Shown: positions 29,962 to 40,314, counted from the stretch's first letter. The stretch is 62,786 nucleotides of DNA from an uncultured Gemmatimonadota bacterium (GCA_964490075.1 CAZBBK010000008.1:62001-124786), one strand, 5' to 3'. The notes: generated by a model from the sequence alone, not told the origin. Made by a program: numbers and translations.

Positions 29962-30675
29962 TCAGCCCCCGCCCTCTTGGTCGTCCGTCTCCTGATCTAG
30001 AGCGAGATCGAGGGGCGAATCGAGCGGGTCATCCTCCGCCTCTTCCACAGCGTTCGCGGCTTCGGAGACATCGGCGGCGTCCGCCACCTCTCCTCCACCT
30101 TCTACTTCCATGCCGGCGATGCCCATCGCCGCCCGGGCCGCGAACCGGACCGACATGAGGGAGAAGCCGACCGGGACGACCAAAGTCGCCACCCAGTCGC
30201 GAACCGGCAGGCGGAACGAATCCCCCACCGCGATCGTGAACGCGATCCCCTCATCTCCCACCAGGTAGTCGGTCCAGGTGGCGAAGAGGCTGTCCGGGAT
30301 CACCCAGGAGATGGGTGCGAGCAGCGTCGCGCCGGGGTCCGGAGGGAGGAACGCACAGGAGGTCGCGACGAAGAGCAGCAGAGTGACGGCGGCGGCCGAG
30401 AGATCGGCCACGATCTCCGCCACGCGCGCCGGGCCCGCGGGCAGAAAACGCGAGAGCGCATCGACCGAGATGTGGCGGCCGCGGCGCGTCGCGACCGACG
30501 CGGCGATGAACCCGATCCACAGCACGGAGTAACGGATCGCCGGATCCGCCCAGATCAGTGATGCTCCCATCTTCCGCAGCACTACCTGCAAGACTCCGAG
30601 TGTGATCATCAAGCAAAGAAAAGACGCCAAAAGCGCCTGCTCGATGGCCTGGACTGATCGCAGGATGATCTTCAC
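29962..30675 (-). CDS. TRAP transporter small permease (DctQ)
   Basis: QVVLR, WADPAIRYSVLWIGFIAASVATRRGRHISVD; GTG start inferred at 30675; acidic tail. Confidence 0.88.
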   Translation of the reverse strand: MKIILRSVQAIEQALLASFLCLMITLGVLQVVLRKMGASLIWADPAIRYSVLWIGFIAASVATRRGRHISVDALSRFLPAGPARVAEIVADLSAAAVTLLLFVATSCAFLPPDPGATLLAPISWVIPDSLFATWTDYLVGDEGIAFTIAVGDSFRLPVRDWVATLVVPVGFSLMSVRFAARAAMGIAGMEVEGGGEVADAADVSEAANAVEEAEDDPLDSPLDLALDQETDDQEGGG

Positions 30676-30707
30676 ACTGGGTCGCCCGGTTTCAGGCCCT
30701 GGGTCGA

Positions 30708-31718
30708 TCAGCCCCCGTGAGCTGTGCGGTAGTCCTCGAGCGCGCCCAGCACTTTGTCTAGAGTTTCGCGATCGTAGAGACGGCCGACCAGATCCTCTCG
30801 GGCCTTGGCTCCGATGGTCTCCCACGACTCCACCAGGGAGTCATCGACCGGCACCACCTCGATGCCTTCCTTCTTCATGCGCGCGATCGCGGTCTCCTGG
30901 TCCTGGCGCGTTTGAGCATTCAAAGATGCGCAGTGGCGCCGACAGATTTGCAGTGTTCGCTCGCGATGTTCGGGAGACGCCTTGTCGAACTGCTTCTTCG
31001 AGACGACTACGGCCCCCAGGGCGTCCGTGAAAGGGAGATTCATCATGTACTTGACGCGCGTGAACCACTGCAGACCGACCGCGGCGTAGGGCGATGTGTA
31101 GATCGCATCGATCAATCCGGTCTGAAGCGATGTCAAGACATCGGTGATCTGTAGGGGCGTCGGATTGATCTGGAAAGCCCTGAAGAACGCTTCCGCCAGC
31201 GGGTCCCCCTCCCACATCCACATTCGGACCTTGCGCAAATCGTCCACATCGCGCACCGGCTCGTTGGCGAATATGTGCACGAATCCGACCTCCGCCCACC
31301 CCAGAAGCACGTAGCCCTCTTGCTCCAAGTCCGACGCGAACTCGTCTTCCAGTTGGGCACGAACGTGGTCTACTTCGGCGTAGGTCCGGTACAGGAAAGG
31401 CACCTCCAAGGCGCGAATTCTCGGCATGATCTCGCCCAGCCCCACGCCGGTGAATCCCCCTCCGTGCAGCTGTCCCACGCGCATCTTACGCAACACGTCG
31501 TGCTCGTCGCCCGCAACTCCACCCGCGTAGAACTTGAACTTCACCTCTCCCCCGGTGGCCGCCTGAACCTCCTCGTTCATGGCGTCCATTACGGACATCC
31601 ACGTCGTGCCCTCCGGAGCGAGGGTAGCGATCTTGATGACGACCGCGGAGGCGGGGCCGCAGCTCAGCGTGACAGTGGCGGCGAGCGCCAAGGCAACGTG
31701 GGAAATCGTGAGGTGCAT
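30708..31718 (-). CDS. TRAP substrate-binding protein (DctP, TatP_T-like)
   Basis: Signal peptide; IKIATLAPEGTTW, YAGGVAGDE, LQTGLID. Confidence 0.93.
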   Translation of the reverse strand: MHLTISHVALALAATVTLSCGPASAVVIKIATLAPEGTTWMSVMDAMNEEVQAATGGEVKFKFYAGGVAGDEHDVLRKMRVGQLHGGGFTGVGLGEIMPRIRALEVPFLYRTYAEVDHVRAQLEDEFASDLEQEGYVLLGWAEVGFVHIFANEPVRDVDDLRKVRMWMWEGDPLAEAFFRAFQINPTPLQITDVLTSLQTGLIDAIYTSPYAAVGLQWFTRVKYMMNLPFTDALGAVVVSKKQFDKASPEHRERTLQICRRHCASLNAQTRQDQETAIARMKKEGIEVVPVDDSLVESWETIGAKAREDLVGRLYDRETLDKVLGALEDYRTAHGG

Positions 31719-31770
31719 TGAAATCTGTCCCTCTCAGGGTTGCTGAGGCGGTGGCGGTGAAGCTCGCAGA

Positions 31771-32640
31771 TCAGAACCACTCATCCGTCTTGGTGAGCAG
31801 CCGTTGGGCCTTTTCTTTCGCGATGGCGTTGGCCAATCCTGCGTCCGGGTAGAGGCCCTTTGGTTGTGCCAGGACCCAATTCAGAGTCTCCGAGAACAGC
31901 TCCGCGTCCCAGGCTTGCCGGGCAAAGTACTGCGCGTAGAACACGTGGGCCAATAGATAATGGTTGCGCGTGCGCGCGAAGACCTGGTCGAAATGCTGCT
32001 GCGCCTGGACCGGGTCGCCGCCCAGGATCTTGGAGCGGGATGCGTAATACACTCCGAGAAAGAGATGAGGTCCTGCGTGGTAGAAGTTGGGATCGATCTC
32101 CAGAGCCCGACGCATCATCTCCTCGACCCGGGGTAGATCGGCCAGAGCCTCGGTGTCGTCGAGGTTCAAGTTGATCCACGATCCCCAGGCGTTGGCGGCC
32201 CAGAAGATCGCTTCGACCTGGTCGTCGTCGAGTGCCCGAACGGCGGATCGAAACTGATCGAGCGTCCCTTGCAGGCCGATCGCGAAATCGTCGTCGTGGC
32301 GGCGCAGCACGTCCAGTGCGTGGTCGCGCGCGCGCATGTAGAGCGCGCCGGCTCGGTGACGATCATGATCTTCGACGAAACCCAGTGCGTAGCCGGTGAT
32401 GCTGCGGGCTTGCAGAAGGTGCAGGGCGTCGTCCTTGGGAGAGGTCTCCAGCAAGCCCTCGACCAGCAAGATCGTGCCCGGAAGCCCCAGGCGCACGAGC
32501 TCCAGGTCGGTGTCGCGCTCGATTCGATCGGCCGCGTCGACCAGAACCGGATCGAGAAAGCCGATGGCGGCGCGATTCATCGCTCCGCATCCGAACCACG
32601 TGAAAGCGGGAAGAGCCAAGATCCATAGCGGTTTGCGCAT
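31771..32640 (-). CDS. TRAP transporter TatT component (TPR-like lipoprotein)
   Basis: Lipobox-like WFG-C; EGLLETSP, YALGFVE, GGDP..AQQHF, NAIAKEKA; first gene of a T-P-Q-M operon. Confidence 0.88.
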   Translation of the reverse strand: MRKPLWILALPAFTWFGCGAMNRAAIGFLDPVLVDAADRIERDTDLELVRLGLPGTILLVEGLLETSPKDDALHLLQARSITGYALGFVEDHDRHRAGALYMRARDHALDVLRRHDDDFAIGLQGTLDQFRSAVRALDDDQVEAIFWAANAWGSWINLNLDDTEALADLPRVEEMMRRALEIDPNFYHAGPHLFLGVYYASRSKILGGDPVQAQQHFDQVFARTRNHYLLAHVFYAQYFARQAWDAELFSETLNWVLAQPKGLYPDAGLANAIAKEKAQRLLTKTDEWF

Positions 32641-32778
32641 TGTCTGGACCACCGTTCCTTCGCGACTCCTCGAGTCGGTTCGGCGCATGGGGCGATCGAC
32701 GTGCTGGCCGGCTAAGCGCCTTTCGAAGGCCGGGCGGGAAGCGCGTAACCGCCTTCCATGAAACGAGAAAGGGATCCC

Positions 32779-32807
32779 AGGCTAGATGACCGAGAGGGCG
32801 CTGTCAA
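32779..32807 (-). promoter_or_regulatory. sigma70 promoter for the TPAT/TRAP operon
   Basis: TTGACA-N17-TAGCCT on the minus strand. Confidence 0.65.
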
Positions 32808-32858
32808 TTCGCCCATCGAGCCGACGCGGGCGCAGCCCCGGGGAGGCCGCGTGGGGTA

Positions 32859-32887
32859 TTGCTCGCCCCGAACTTCTCTGATAGCCT
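32859..32887 (+). promoter_or_regulatory. Candidate sigma70 promoter for the TonB-receptor operon
   Basis: TTGCTC-N17-TAGCCT with extended -10 TG; lies inside the inverted repeat at 32844-32897. Confidence 0.5.
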
Positions 32888-33339
32888 CACGCGGCCTTTT
32901 GATCATGCTGCGTAAGTTGATGAGCAACAGCAGCTTGCGCAACGCGGGCGGCGTTGATCCCGGCACCGCGATCGGTGCCGGATCGGGGCCATCCACGAGC
33001 TCTCGGCGGAATCGCCGCGCAACTCGACACTCGAATTCCAATGGAGGTGCCCCCCCGCCAACCTTGATCACGCTTTCGAACCGGGACGTTCATGGCGGAC
33101 CGCCGTCGGCGGCTCCACGCTCGCCTGCACGCTCGACCGGGCCCCCCACGCAACAGCGCTCGCCCCTGCTCGGATAGGATCGACTTCCACGCGGCAGCTC
33201 GCCCCCAGGGAGTCGAGCAGAAGCGATCGTGAGGGCGGGTCGCCCGGCGAGGATGTCGACGTGGCCCGGCAGTAGGTTTGGTCGACGTGGATCGGGCATG
33301 GCCCCGAATCCTCGGCTTTCATAATCAGGGAGTCTTCTT

Positions 33340-36132
33340 ATGACCTCGAGACTTGGCATCTATCTCCTGGCCGTCACACTGGCGTTAGGCCTGGCGGCAC
33401 CAGAAGCCTTGGCCGGCGTGGCCGGCAAGGTGACCGGCAAGGTGACCGACCGGGATACCGGCGAAGGCCTGGCGGCGGCGAACGTTTCGCTCGTCGGAAC
33501 GCTCTACGGCGCCAGCACCGACGATGACGGCAACTACTACATTCTCAACGTCCCCGCAGGAGGCTACGACCTGCGAGTGGACTACATCGGCTACAAGAGC
33601 TTCGTCCTCCGCAACGTCAAGGTCTCGCCCGACCTCACGACCCGGGTTCCGATCGCGCTCGAAGCCACCGCGCTCGAGATTGGAGCCGAAACGGTCGTGA
33701 TCGCGGAGCGGGAGCTGATTCAGCCGAGCATCACCAATTCCTATCGGGTCACCAGCGGCGAGGAACTCGAGGATGCGCCGATCCGTGGTTACCAGCAGGC
33801 GGTCGCGATCAACGCGGGTGTAGTCACCGACGACGACGGCGACATGCACTTCCGCGGAGGCCGGGGCAACGAAATCGCCTTCTACGTCGATGGCGTTCTC
33901 CAGAACGATCTGCTCTCGGGCACCAACAATACCGATGTCTCCTCCGGCGCCATCGAGGAGGTATCCGTGCAGAACGGCGGATTCAACGCCGAGTACGGAT
34001 ATACGATGTCGGGCATCGTCAATGTCGTCACCAAGAGCGGTCGAGAGGACTGGACCGGCAGAATCGAAGCCGTGTCCGACGCCCTGGCGGGCGAATGGGC
34101 CAACACGCTAAGCTTTGGCTACAGTCTGGTCAACGCTTCGGCGGGCGGACCGCTGGGCTCCGAGAAGCTGACCTTGTTTGGCTCGCTCGAGTACCAGAAC
34201 ACCGACGATAGGAACCCCTCGACGGTCGCCGTCGACGATGGGTCGATTCTCAATCATAATGCTCTCGAGCGTCTCAACGGGACCGTGAAGCTCACCTACA
34301 AGCCGACAGAATCACTTTCTCTCCAGGCGTCCTACCTGAGATCTCAGCGCGACCAACAGAACTACACGACCTCCAGCCGAACCGGCAACGATGGAGACGC
34401 CTGGCGCTTCAACCAGGAGCATGCGCCCAGAGTCGAGGACTACACCAACAACCTCGGCCTGAAGGGCACGCTCTTCTTCGGAACCGCAACCTTCGCCGAG
34501 GCGCAGTTCTCGTACTTCGAGACCGACTACCAGGATGGAGACGGCGTCTACTTCGACGACCTGGCCGCCTATGCAGGCCATGGCGAGACCTTCGACAACA
34601 TGGGGCTGTTCATAACTCCGGGCTCCGCCTTCGACGACTATCGCCACCGTAACTCGCGCAAGCTCGAGCTCCGGACCAGCATCGTTCACCAATTCACCGA
34701 TCTCTTCGCGGACGATTTCGACCACGAAGTCAAGACCGGTGTCGATCTGCAGCGACACACGCTACGGAGCTACCGCAACGCCTTTCCGTCGGTCGGCAAC
34801 CGAGACATCGACGCCTACGGATATGACAGCGCCGGAGATCAGTACGACGGAGAGGACGACTTCACGGACCTGCTCTCGGGGCCCAAGGAGCCGGTGCTTC
34901 TCGGCGCATACCTCCAAGACAAGATGGAGTTCGAAGATCTGGTCGTGAACGCCGGCGTGCGCTTCGACTACCTGGACTCGAAGTCAGATATCTTCAAGAG
35001 CCTCTCGAACGAGCCTCAGGTCGGCGTCGAGCTGCCGCTGGCCGGTGCCGACCAGGTCTTGAGCGCCGACGACTTCGAGCCCAACGAGGCCTCGACGCAA
35101 GTCTCTCCGCGCCTCGGAATCAGCTTCCCGGTCAGCGAGCAGACCCAATTCCATCTGAACTACGGTCACTTCTTCCAGCAGCCGAACCTGAACGATCTCT
35201 ACTCGGGATTGGCGTGGTACAACAAGCTGATCATCCAGCCGGGATTTGCCGCTCAAGTGGGCAATCCCAACCTGGAAGCGCAGCGTACGACCTCCTATGA
35301 AGTGGGTGTCAAGCACGAGCCCAGCGACGGCATGATGGTCGATGTCACGGCCTTCTATCGCGACACGGAGGGTTTGATCAATCTTTCCACGCAGGATGGC
35401 GATCCCGCGGGATTCATCGCTCCCTTCAATCTCGATGTGGGCACCAACAAGGGCGTCGACGTCGCCTTCGAGATGCTCCGCCGCAACAAGATCAGTGGGC
35501 GCGCGAGCTACACGCTGTCGTTCGCCAGCGGCACGGGCTCGAGCGACAATTCGGCATTCAACAACGTTTGGCTCGACTTCGAAACCGCCAAGTCGACCAA
35601 GGCTCTCGACTTCGACCAGCGCCACACCTTCAATATCGCGTTCGATGTGCGCAATTCCGACGGCGACGGGCCCGAGCTCTTCGACACGCACCTGTTGGAA
35701 AACGCGGGCGTCAACTTCATCGTTCAAGGGGGCAGCGGACTGGCCTACACCGCGACCAACGTCCACAACGCGATGGATCTGGGTGCGGTACCCCGTTTCG
35801 AACCTGTCGAGGGAATCAACCAATCGTATCGACCCTGGAATGTGCGGGTGGATATGAAGGCGAACAAGGAGTTCCGGACCTCGGGCGCCAGCGCCAACGT
35901 TTACGTCGAGGTTTTGAATCTCTTCAATCGCGCCAATGCGATCGATGTCTACACCGGCACCGGCACCGCCACCGACGACGGTTACCTGGGGACCGCCGCT
36001 GCCGACGCACAGATCGAATCGCTCCAGGTCGATCCCGACCTGTTCCGCGCCCGCTACTCCGATCGCCTGTCCAATCCCTTCTTCTGGGATATTCCGCGAC
36101 TCGTTCGCGTGGGTATGGTACTTAGTTTCTAG
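33340..36132 (+). CDS. TonB-dependent receptor with N-terminal carboxypeptidase-regulatory-like domain
   Basis: Signal peptide; GKVTGKVTD..GEGL..ANV; plug motif RGGRGNE..YVDG..GGFNAEYG..SGIVNVVTKSG; SPRLGISFP; terminal Phe. Confidence 0.95.
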   Translation: MTSRLGIYLLAVTLALGLAAPEALAGVAGKVTGKVTDRDTGEGLAAANVSLVGTLYGASTDDDGNYYILNVPAGGYDLRVDYIGYKSFVLRNVKVSPDLTTRVPIALEATALEIGAETVVIAERELIQPSITNSYRVTSGEELEDAPIRGYQQAVAINAGVVTDDDGDMHFRGGRGNEIAFYVDGVLQNDLLSGTNNTDVSSGAIEEVSVQNGGFNAEYGYTMSGIVNVVTKSGREDWTGRIEAVSDALAGEWANTLSFGYSLVNASAGGPLGSEKLTLFGSLEYQNTDDRNPSTVAVDDGSILNHNALERLNGTVKLTYKPTESLSLQASYLRSQRDQQNYTTSSRTGNDGDAWRFNQEHAPRVEDYTNNLGLKGTLFFGTATFAEAQFSYFETDYQDGDGVYFDDLAAYAGHGETFDNMGLFITPGSAFDDYRHRNSRKLELRTSIVHQFTDLFADDFDHEVKTGVDLQRHTLRSYRNAFPSVGNRDIDAYGYDSAGDQYDGEDDFTDLLSGPKEPVLLGAYLQDKMEFEDLVVNAGVRFDYLDSKSDIFKSLSNEPQVGVELPLAGADQVLSADDFEPNEASTQVSPRLGISFPVSEQTQFHLNYGHFFQQPNLNDLYSGLAWYNKLIIQPGFAAQVGNPNLEAQRTTSYEVGVKHEPSDGMMVDVTAFYRDTEGLINLSTQDGDPAGFIAPFNLDVGTNKGVDVAFEMLRRNKISGRASYTLSFASGTGSSDNSAFNNVWLDFETAKSTKALDFDQRHTFNIAFDVRNSDGDGPELFDTHLLENAGVNFIVQGGSGLAYTATNVHNAMDLGAVPRFEPVEGINQSYRPWNVRVDMKANKEFRTSGASANVYVEVLNLFNRANAIDVYTGTGTATDDGYLGTAAADAQIESLQVDPDLFRARYSDRLSNPFFWDIPRLVRVGMVLSF

Positions 36133-36161
36133 CTGCAGCAATGCGGAATCGAGGAATCGTT

Positions 36162-39100
36162 ATGTCGACGAACCGACATGGATGGTTGCTGGGCGGTGCC
36201 GTCGCGACGGCGGCGATGCTGGCTGCAACGACGGCTGCTCTGGCGCGGCCTTCCGGCGGATCCGGAGGGGCCCGGGTGGCAATCCGAGATCAACAGACGC
36301 TCGGCGTCAACAACTGGGGCCTGGAGATCACCAACTACGGGTCCTTTGGCTACGATATCTCCGGATCGGATGCCGGGGGCGAGTTCCCGCGCGGCTCCGG
36401 CCACCACGTGCTCTTTGCCGGGGGCTTTCAGTTCGGAACGCTGGTCGACAGCAGCCCCCAGGTGAGTCAGGTGGAGTTCGATTCGGAGTACCAACCGGGC
36501 GCGATCACCAACGGGCCGGCGGCGGTCGCCGACCTCACGGCCGACGATCCGGGTGGTGCCGACCAGGTGGTGCTGGAAGCCGCCAAGGGCGCGAGCCTGC
36601 CAAGCGGCTGGCCCGAAGGGCTGGACGTGATCGGCGACGGAGCGACCTACGCCACCTTCAACGACCTGGATGTGGGGCTCTCATCCGATGACGGGCAACG
36701 GCCGCTGGGGATAGAAGTCTCTCAGCACGCCTTTGCCTTCGCCAAGCAAGGCGCACAGGGAGATATCGTCTATCTTCGTTTCTTCCTGACCAACTACTCC
36801 GACCAGGATTACGTCGACTCCTACGCCGAGGTCTGGTTCGATCCGGACAACGGCTCGGCAGGCAACGACCTGACTGGCAGCGACGTAGAGACCTCGCTCG
36901 GGTACGTCTACAACGCCGACGAAGAGGATCGCAACACTGCGATGGGTGCCGACTTTTTCCAGGGACCGATCGTCGACGATTCGACCTCGACCGTCGTGCA
37001 GCGCGGAAGAGTCACCTTCAACAAGGACGAGGGCTACGAGCCGGTCGACGGTGACGTGGAGATCGAGAACAAGCGAGTGCTGGGCATGAGCGCCTTCTCG
37101 TTCTACATCAACGGCACCGATCCCGACGACGATACTCAGCGCTACAACCTCATGAAGGGACTCACCCGCGACGGCGATGCGCGCCCCAACGGTCCCTTCG
37201 ACTACGCCGGCGACCCGGTGACGGGGGAAGGAGTCAACGACGGGGCGCCCAACGACAAGCGCATGGCCTTGATCACCGGCCCCTTCACGCTGGCCTCCGG
37301 CGAGAGCCAGGAGATCGTGGTCGCGATCATCGGGTCGGAGGTTACCACCAGCGATGATCCACTGGTGGCTCTGACGGCGGTGCGCGAGACCGACCGCGAG
37401 GCGCAAATTGCCTACAACTTCAACTACATCCAGCAGTCCGCGCCGCTGCCTCCGCTCACCCAGATAGAGGCTTACGACACTCAGGTGACGCTGACCTGGG
37501 ACGACAGCCCCGAGAGCGAGGTGGATCGTTACGGGTTGCTGTTGGGGCTCGGCGAAGTCCGAACCGACACCCTCGGTATGACGGAGATCGTGGTCGGCTA
37601 CGACACTCTCGGCGTCGCCATCATCGATACCGTCTACGAAACCGAAACGGCCGGCTACGATTCCCTCGACTTCCAGGGGTATCGCGTCTACCGCAGCGAG
37701 ACCGGTGAGAGCGGCGATTGGGAGCTGCTCGCCGAGTACGACAAGGTCGACGGAGTCGCCGAAGTTCGGAACCGTGTTTTCAACAACACCCTGCAGGAGT
37801 ACGAGATTACGCAGCTCCACATCGGGACCGATTCCGGGCTGCGTTACTTCTACGTCGATGACGGGCTCACCAACGGCCAAGTCTATCACTACGCCGTGAC
37901 CTCGTACGACTACCAGCCCGCGGAGTTCCTCGAGCGGACGCTGGAGTCTCCGCTGGGTCAGAACGAGCTCGTGATCGTGCCGAAGGAGGCGCCGGCCGGC
38001 TGGGCGGTCGCAACGGTCAGCGCGCAGGAAGACACCGCGATTCACGTCGAGGGAACCTCCGACGGTGTGGTGACCTACCAGATGGTCAGACCGGAGCTGT
38101 TGACCGGCGAGACCTACGCCGTCACCTTCAACGCCGACGACACCTGGATGCTCACCAACACAAGCGCGGGAGACACGATCTACGATGCGGTCGCCGATCA
38201 GGACGGCAACCCGTCCACCAAGATGGTCGACGGTTTCATCATGCGCGTCGTGAATCCGCCCTTCCACCCGCGCGAGGTGATCTCCGGAGCACCGGAGGAC
38301 ACCACGGCGTGGTGGACCGGGGTCAACTGGGGAGGAGCGGTCGTTGGTGGTGGCATGGACTACGGCCACTACTTCTTCGACTCGGAGCTGGATCCCGCCG
38401 ATGTGCACGAGGTGCAGATAGACTTCACCACCGATCCGGCGCACTACTCGAAGGCAGTGACCTACCGTCGCGATCTGGGATACGTAGCGAGCGGAGTCGG
38501 TACCTTCCCGGGCGAGATCTGGGATATGGACGTCGACCCGCCGAGGAGGCTGAACGTCTGCTTCGTGGAGTACGAGTTCGCGGGCAAGGCGGCCAACCTC
38601 CACTGGGATCCGGAGTCCTCCGCGGACAACGGAAGCTACGATTACACCCGCGAGTACCTGTTCATCATGAACTCGGACTACACGGAGACCCCTGACGCGG
38701 TCTACGACGACGTCAATTGGGGACCCGTGGCGGACGTGATATACGCCTGGTGGCCGGATGTCGTGGCTGGGAGGTCGTTCGAGGACATCGAGTCCGACAT
38801 GACTCTGATTCCCAACCGGGTGAACACGCCCGCGGACACCTTCGAGTTCGTGCCCGAGATCTCATCCACCTTCGCGAGCGCGGACGCCGAAGCCGATCTC
38901 GATGACATTCGCGTCGTTCCCAACCCCTACTACGCGACTTCGGACTACGACGAGACGCAGTTCGATCGCCGCGTGAAGTTCTTCGGGCTTCCAGAGGAGT
39001 GTACGATCCGGATCTTCAACGTAGCCGGTGACCTGGTGCGGACCTTGGAGCACAATGCCGGCTCGGACAACGATCGGACCGAAGACGGCGAAGGGAACGG

Positions 39101-39263
39101 ACCCGAGACGACGACGTCGATCGAGGGCTGGGACTTGAAGAACGAAGGAGGCTTCTGGGCCGCTTCCGGTGTCTATGTCGCGCACATCGACGCACCGAAC
39201 ATCGGCACCACCTTCGTCAAGTTCGCCATCATCCAGGGCACGGAGGAGCTGGGTGTCTTCTGA
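36162..39263 (+). CDS. Large acidic secreted protein with FnIII-like segment and T9SS-type/FlgD-like C-terminal domain
   Basis: Signal peptide; FQGYRVYRS..YHYAVTSYD; C-terminal IRVVPNPY..CTIRIFNVAGDLVRTL..WDLKN..ASGVY..KFAII. Confidence 0.85.
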   Translation: MSTNRHGWLLGGAVATAAMLAATTAALARPSGGSGGARVAIRDQQTLGVNNWGLEITNYGSFGYDISGSDAGGEFPRGSGHHVLFAGGFQFGTLVDSSPQVSQVEFDSEYQPGAITNGPAAVADLTADDPGGADQVVLEAAKGASLPSGWPEGLDVIGDGATYATFNDLDVGLSSDDGQRPLGIEVSQHAFAFAKQGAQGDIVYLRFFLTNYSDQDYVDSYAEVWFDPDNGSAGNDLTGSDVETSLGYVYNADEEDRNTAMGADFFQGPIVDDSTSTVVQRGRVTFNKDEGYEPVDGDVEIENKRVLGMSAFSFYINGTDPDDDTQRYNLMKGLTRDGDARPNGPFDYAGDPVTGEGVNDGAPNDKRMALITGPFTLASGESQEIVVAIIGSEVTTSDDPLVALTAVRETDREAQIAYNFNYIQQSAPLPPLTQIEAYDTQVTLTWDDSPESEVDRYGLLLGLGEVRTDTLGMTEIVVGYDTLGVAIIDTVYETETAGYDSLDFQGYRVYRSETGESGDWELLAEYDKVDGVAEVRNRVFNNTLQEYEITQLHIGTDSGLRYFYVDDGLTNGQVYHYAVTSYDYQPAEFLERTLESPLGQNELVIVPKEAPAGWAVATVSAQEDTAIHVEGTSDGVVTYQMVRPELLTGETYAVTFNADDTWMLTNTSAGDTIYDAVADQDGNPSTKMVDGFIMRVVNPPFHPREVISGAPEDTTAWWTGVNWGGAVVGGGMDYGHYFFDSELDPADVHEVQIDFTTDPAHYSKAVTYRRDLGYVASGVGTFPGEIWDMDVDPPRRLNVCFVEYEFAGKAANLHWDPESSADNGSYDYTREYLFIMNSDYTETPDAVYDDVNWGPVADVIYAWWPDVVAGRSFEDIESDMTLIPNRVNTPADTFEFVPEISSTFASADAEADLDDIRVVPNPYYATSDYDETQFDRRVKFFGLPEECTIRIFNVAGDLVRTLEHNAGSDNDRTEDGEGNGPETTTSIEGWDLKNEGGFWAASGVYVAHIDAPNIGTTFVKFAIIQGTEELGVF

Positions 39264-39282
39264 TCCCAGACTCCTGCACGAA

Positions 39283-39306
39283 CCGCGGCTCGGTGCCGAG
39301 CCGCGG
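39283..39306. repeat. Perfect intergenic inverted repeat (stem-loop)
   Basis: CCGCGGCTCGG-TG-CCGAGCCGCGG with no U-tract; possibly an mRNA stabilising or processing hairpin. Confidence 0.6.
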
Positions 39307-39321
39307 ATCGGGAGACAAGAC

Positions 39322-40314
39322 ATGAAAAGCAAGTTGCTGATATGTGGGATTGCCCTGGCTGCCATCGCCGCACAGGCAAGCGCCGCGGATTCGCGTGTCG
39401 GGACGGCCGGCGCCCAGTTCCTGAGGGTTCCGGTCGGGGCGGCGATGACCGCCACCGCGGCCGCGGCCGTGGCCGGTGTCGAGGGCGCGGAAGCGCTGTT
39501 CTGGAACCCGGCCGGTGTCTCCGCCGTCGATGGCGCGAGCGCGACCTTCACCCACCATGAGTACTTCGCCGAGATGTCACAGGACTATCTGGGCATGTCG
39601 ATGGCGGTGGGCTCCGACGCCGCGGTTGGCGCCAGCGTGAACTACTTCACCGCGGGTGACATGCTGCGCACGACGGAGGACGAAACGGAGGGCATTGGCT
39701 ACTTCGCGCCCTACTCGGTGGCTGTCGGGTTGACCTACTCGCGACAGATGACCGATCGTGTGGCCGTCGGTGCGACCGCCAAGTACATCAACGAGGCGAT
39801 CGACGCGGTCAGTGCCCAGGGCATGGGATTCGACGTGGGGTTCCGATACCTCACCGGATATCACGGCTTCCGATTCGCCATCGTCATGAAGGACCTGGGG
39901 CCCAAGATGCGCTTCAAGGGATCCGGATTGACCGATGAGGTGGAGGGAGTGCCGGTCGATCGCCGGGCAGAGGCCTACGAGATTCCCGCGTCGGTGAATC
40001 TGGGCGCGAGCTTCGATCTGATCAGCACCGAATCCGCGCTCGTGACGGTGAGCGGCGCCGCGGATCTGCAGAACTTCGCGGAGGAGGTCTTCAATCTCGG
40101 AGCCGAGGCCAACCTTCTCGACAACTACTATCTGCGCGTCGGATACGGAGGAGTCGGTGCCGATGACCTGGGCTACGACCGAGGCGGTCTGACCGCCGGT
40201 GCGGGGCTCTACCTCGATCTCTCGGATGCGATGGGGATCGCGGTGGACTACGCATATGCCGATCTGGGCCTGCTCGACACCACCGATCGTTTCTCCCTGA
40301 CCGTGTTCTTCTAA
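39322..40314 (+). CDS. PorV/PorQ-family outer-membrane beta-barrel
   Basis: Signal peptide; GTAGAQFLRVPVGA, ALFWNPAG, GLTAGAG, VDYAY..GLL; terminal FF. Confidence 0.88.
   Translation: MKSKLLICGIALAAIAAQASAADSRVGTAGAQFLRVPVGAAMTATAAAAVAGVEGAEALFWNPAGVSAVDGASATFTHHEYFAEMSQDYLGMSMAVGSDAAVGASVNYFTAGDMLRTTEDETEGIGYFAPYSVAVGLTYSRQMTDRVAVGATAKYINEAIDAVSAQGMGFDVGFRYLTGYHGFRFAIVMKDLGPKMRFKGSGLTDEVEGVPVDRRAEAYEIPASVNLGASFDLISTESALVTVSGAADLQNFAEEVFNLGAEANLLDNYYLRVGYGGVGADDLGYDRGGLTAGAGLYLDLSDAMGIAVDYAYADLGLLDTTDRFSLTVFF

Noticed and set aside
33020-33070. GAATTCC..TGCCCCCCCGCCAACCTTGA, loosely resembling a cobalamin riboswitch core upstream of a TonB receptor
   Set aside because: The conserved AGGGAA/GGTG elements and the B12-box 3' motif were not found; similarity is too weak without a covariance-model search.
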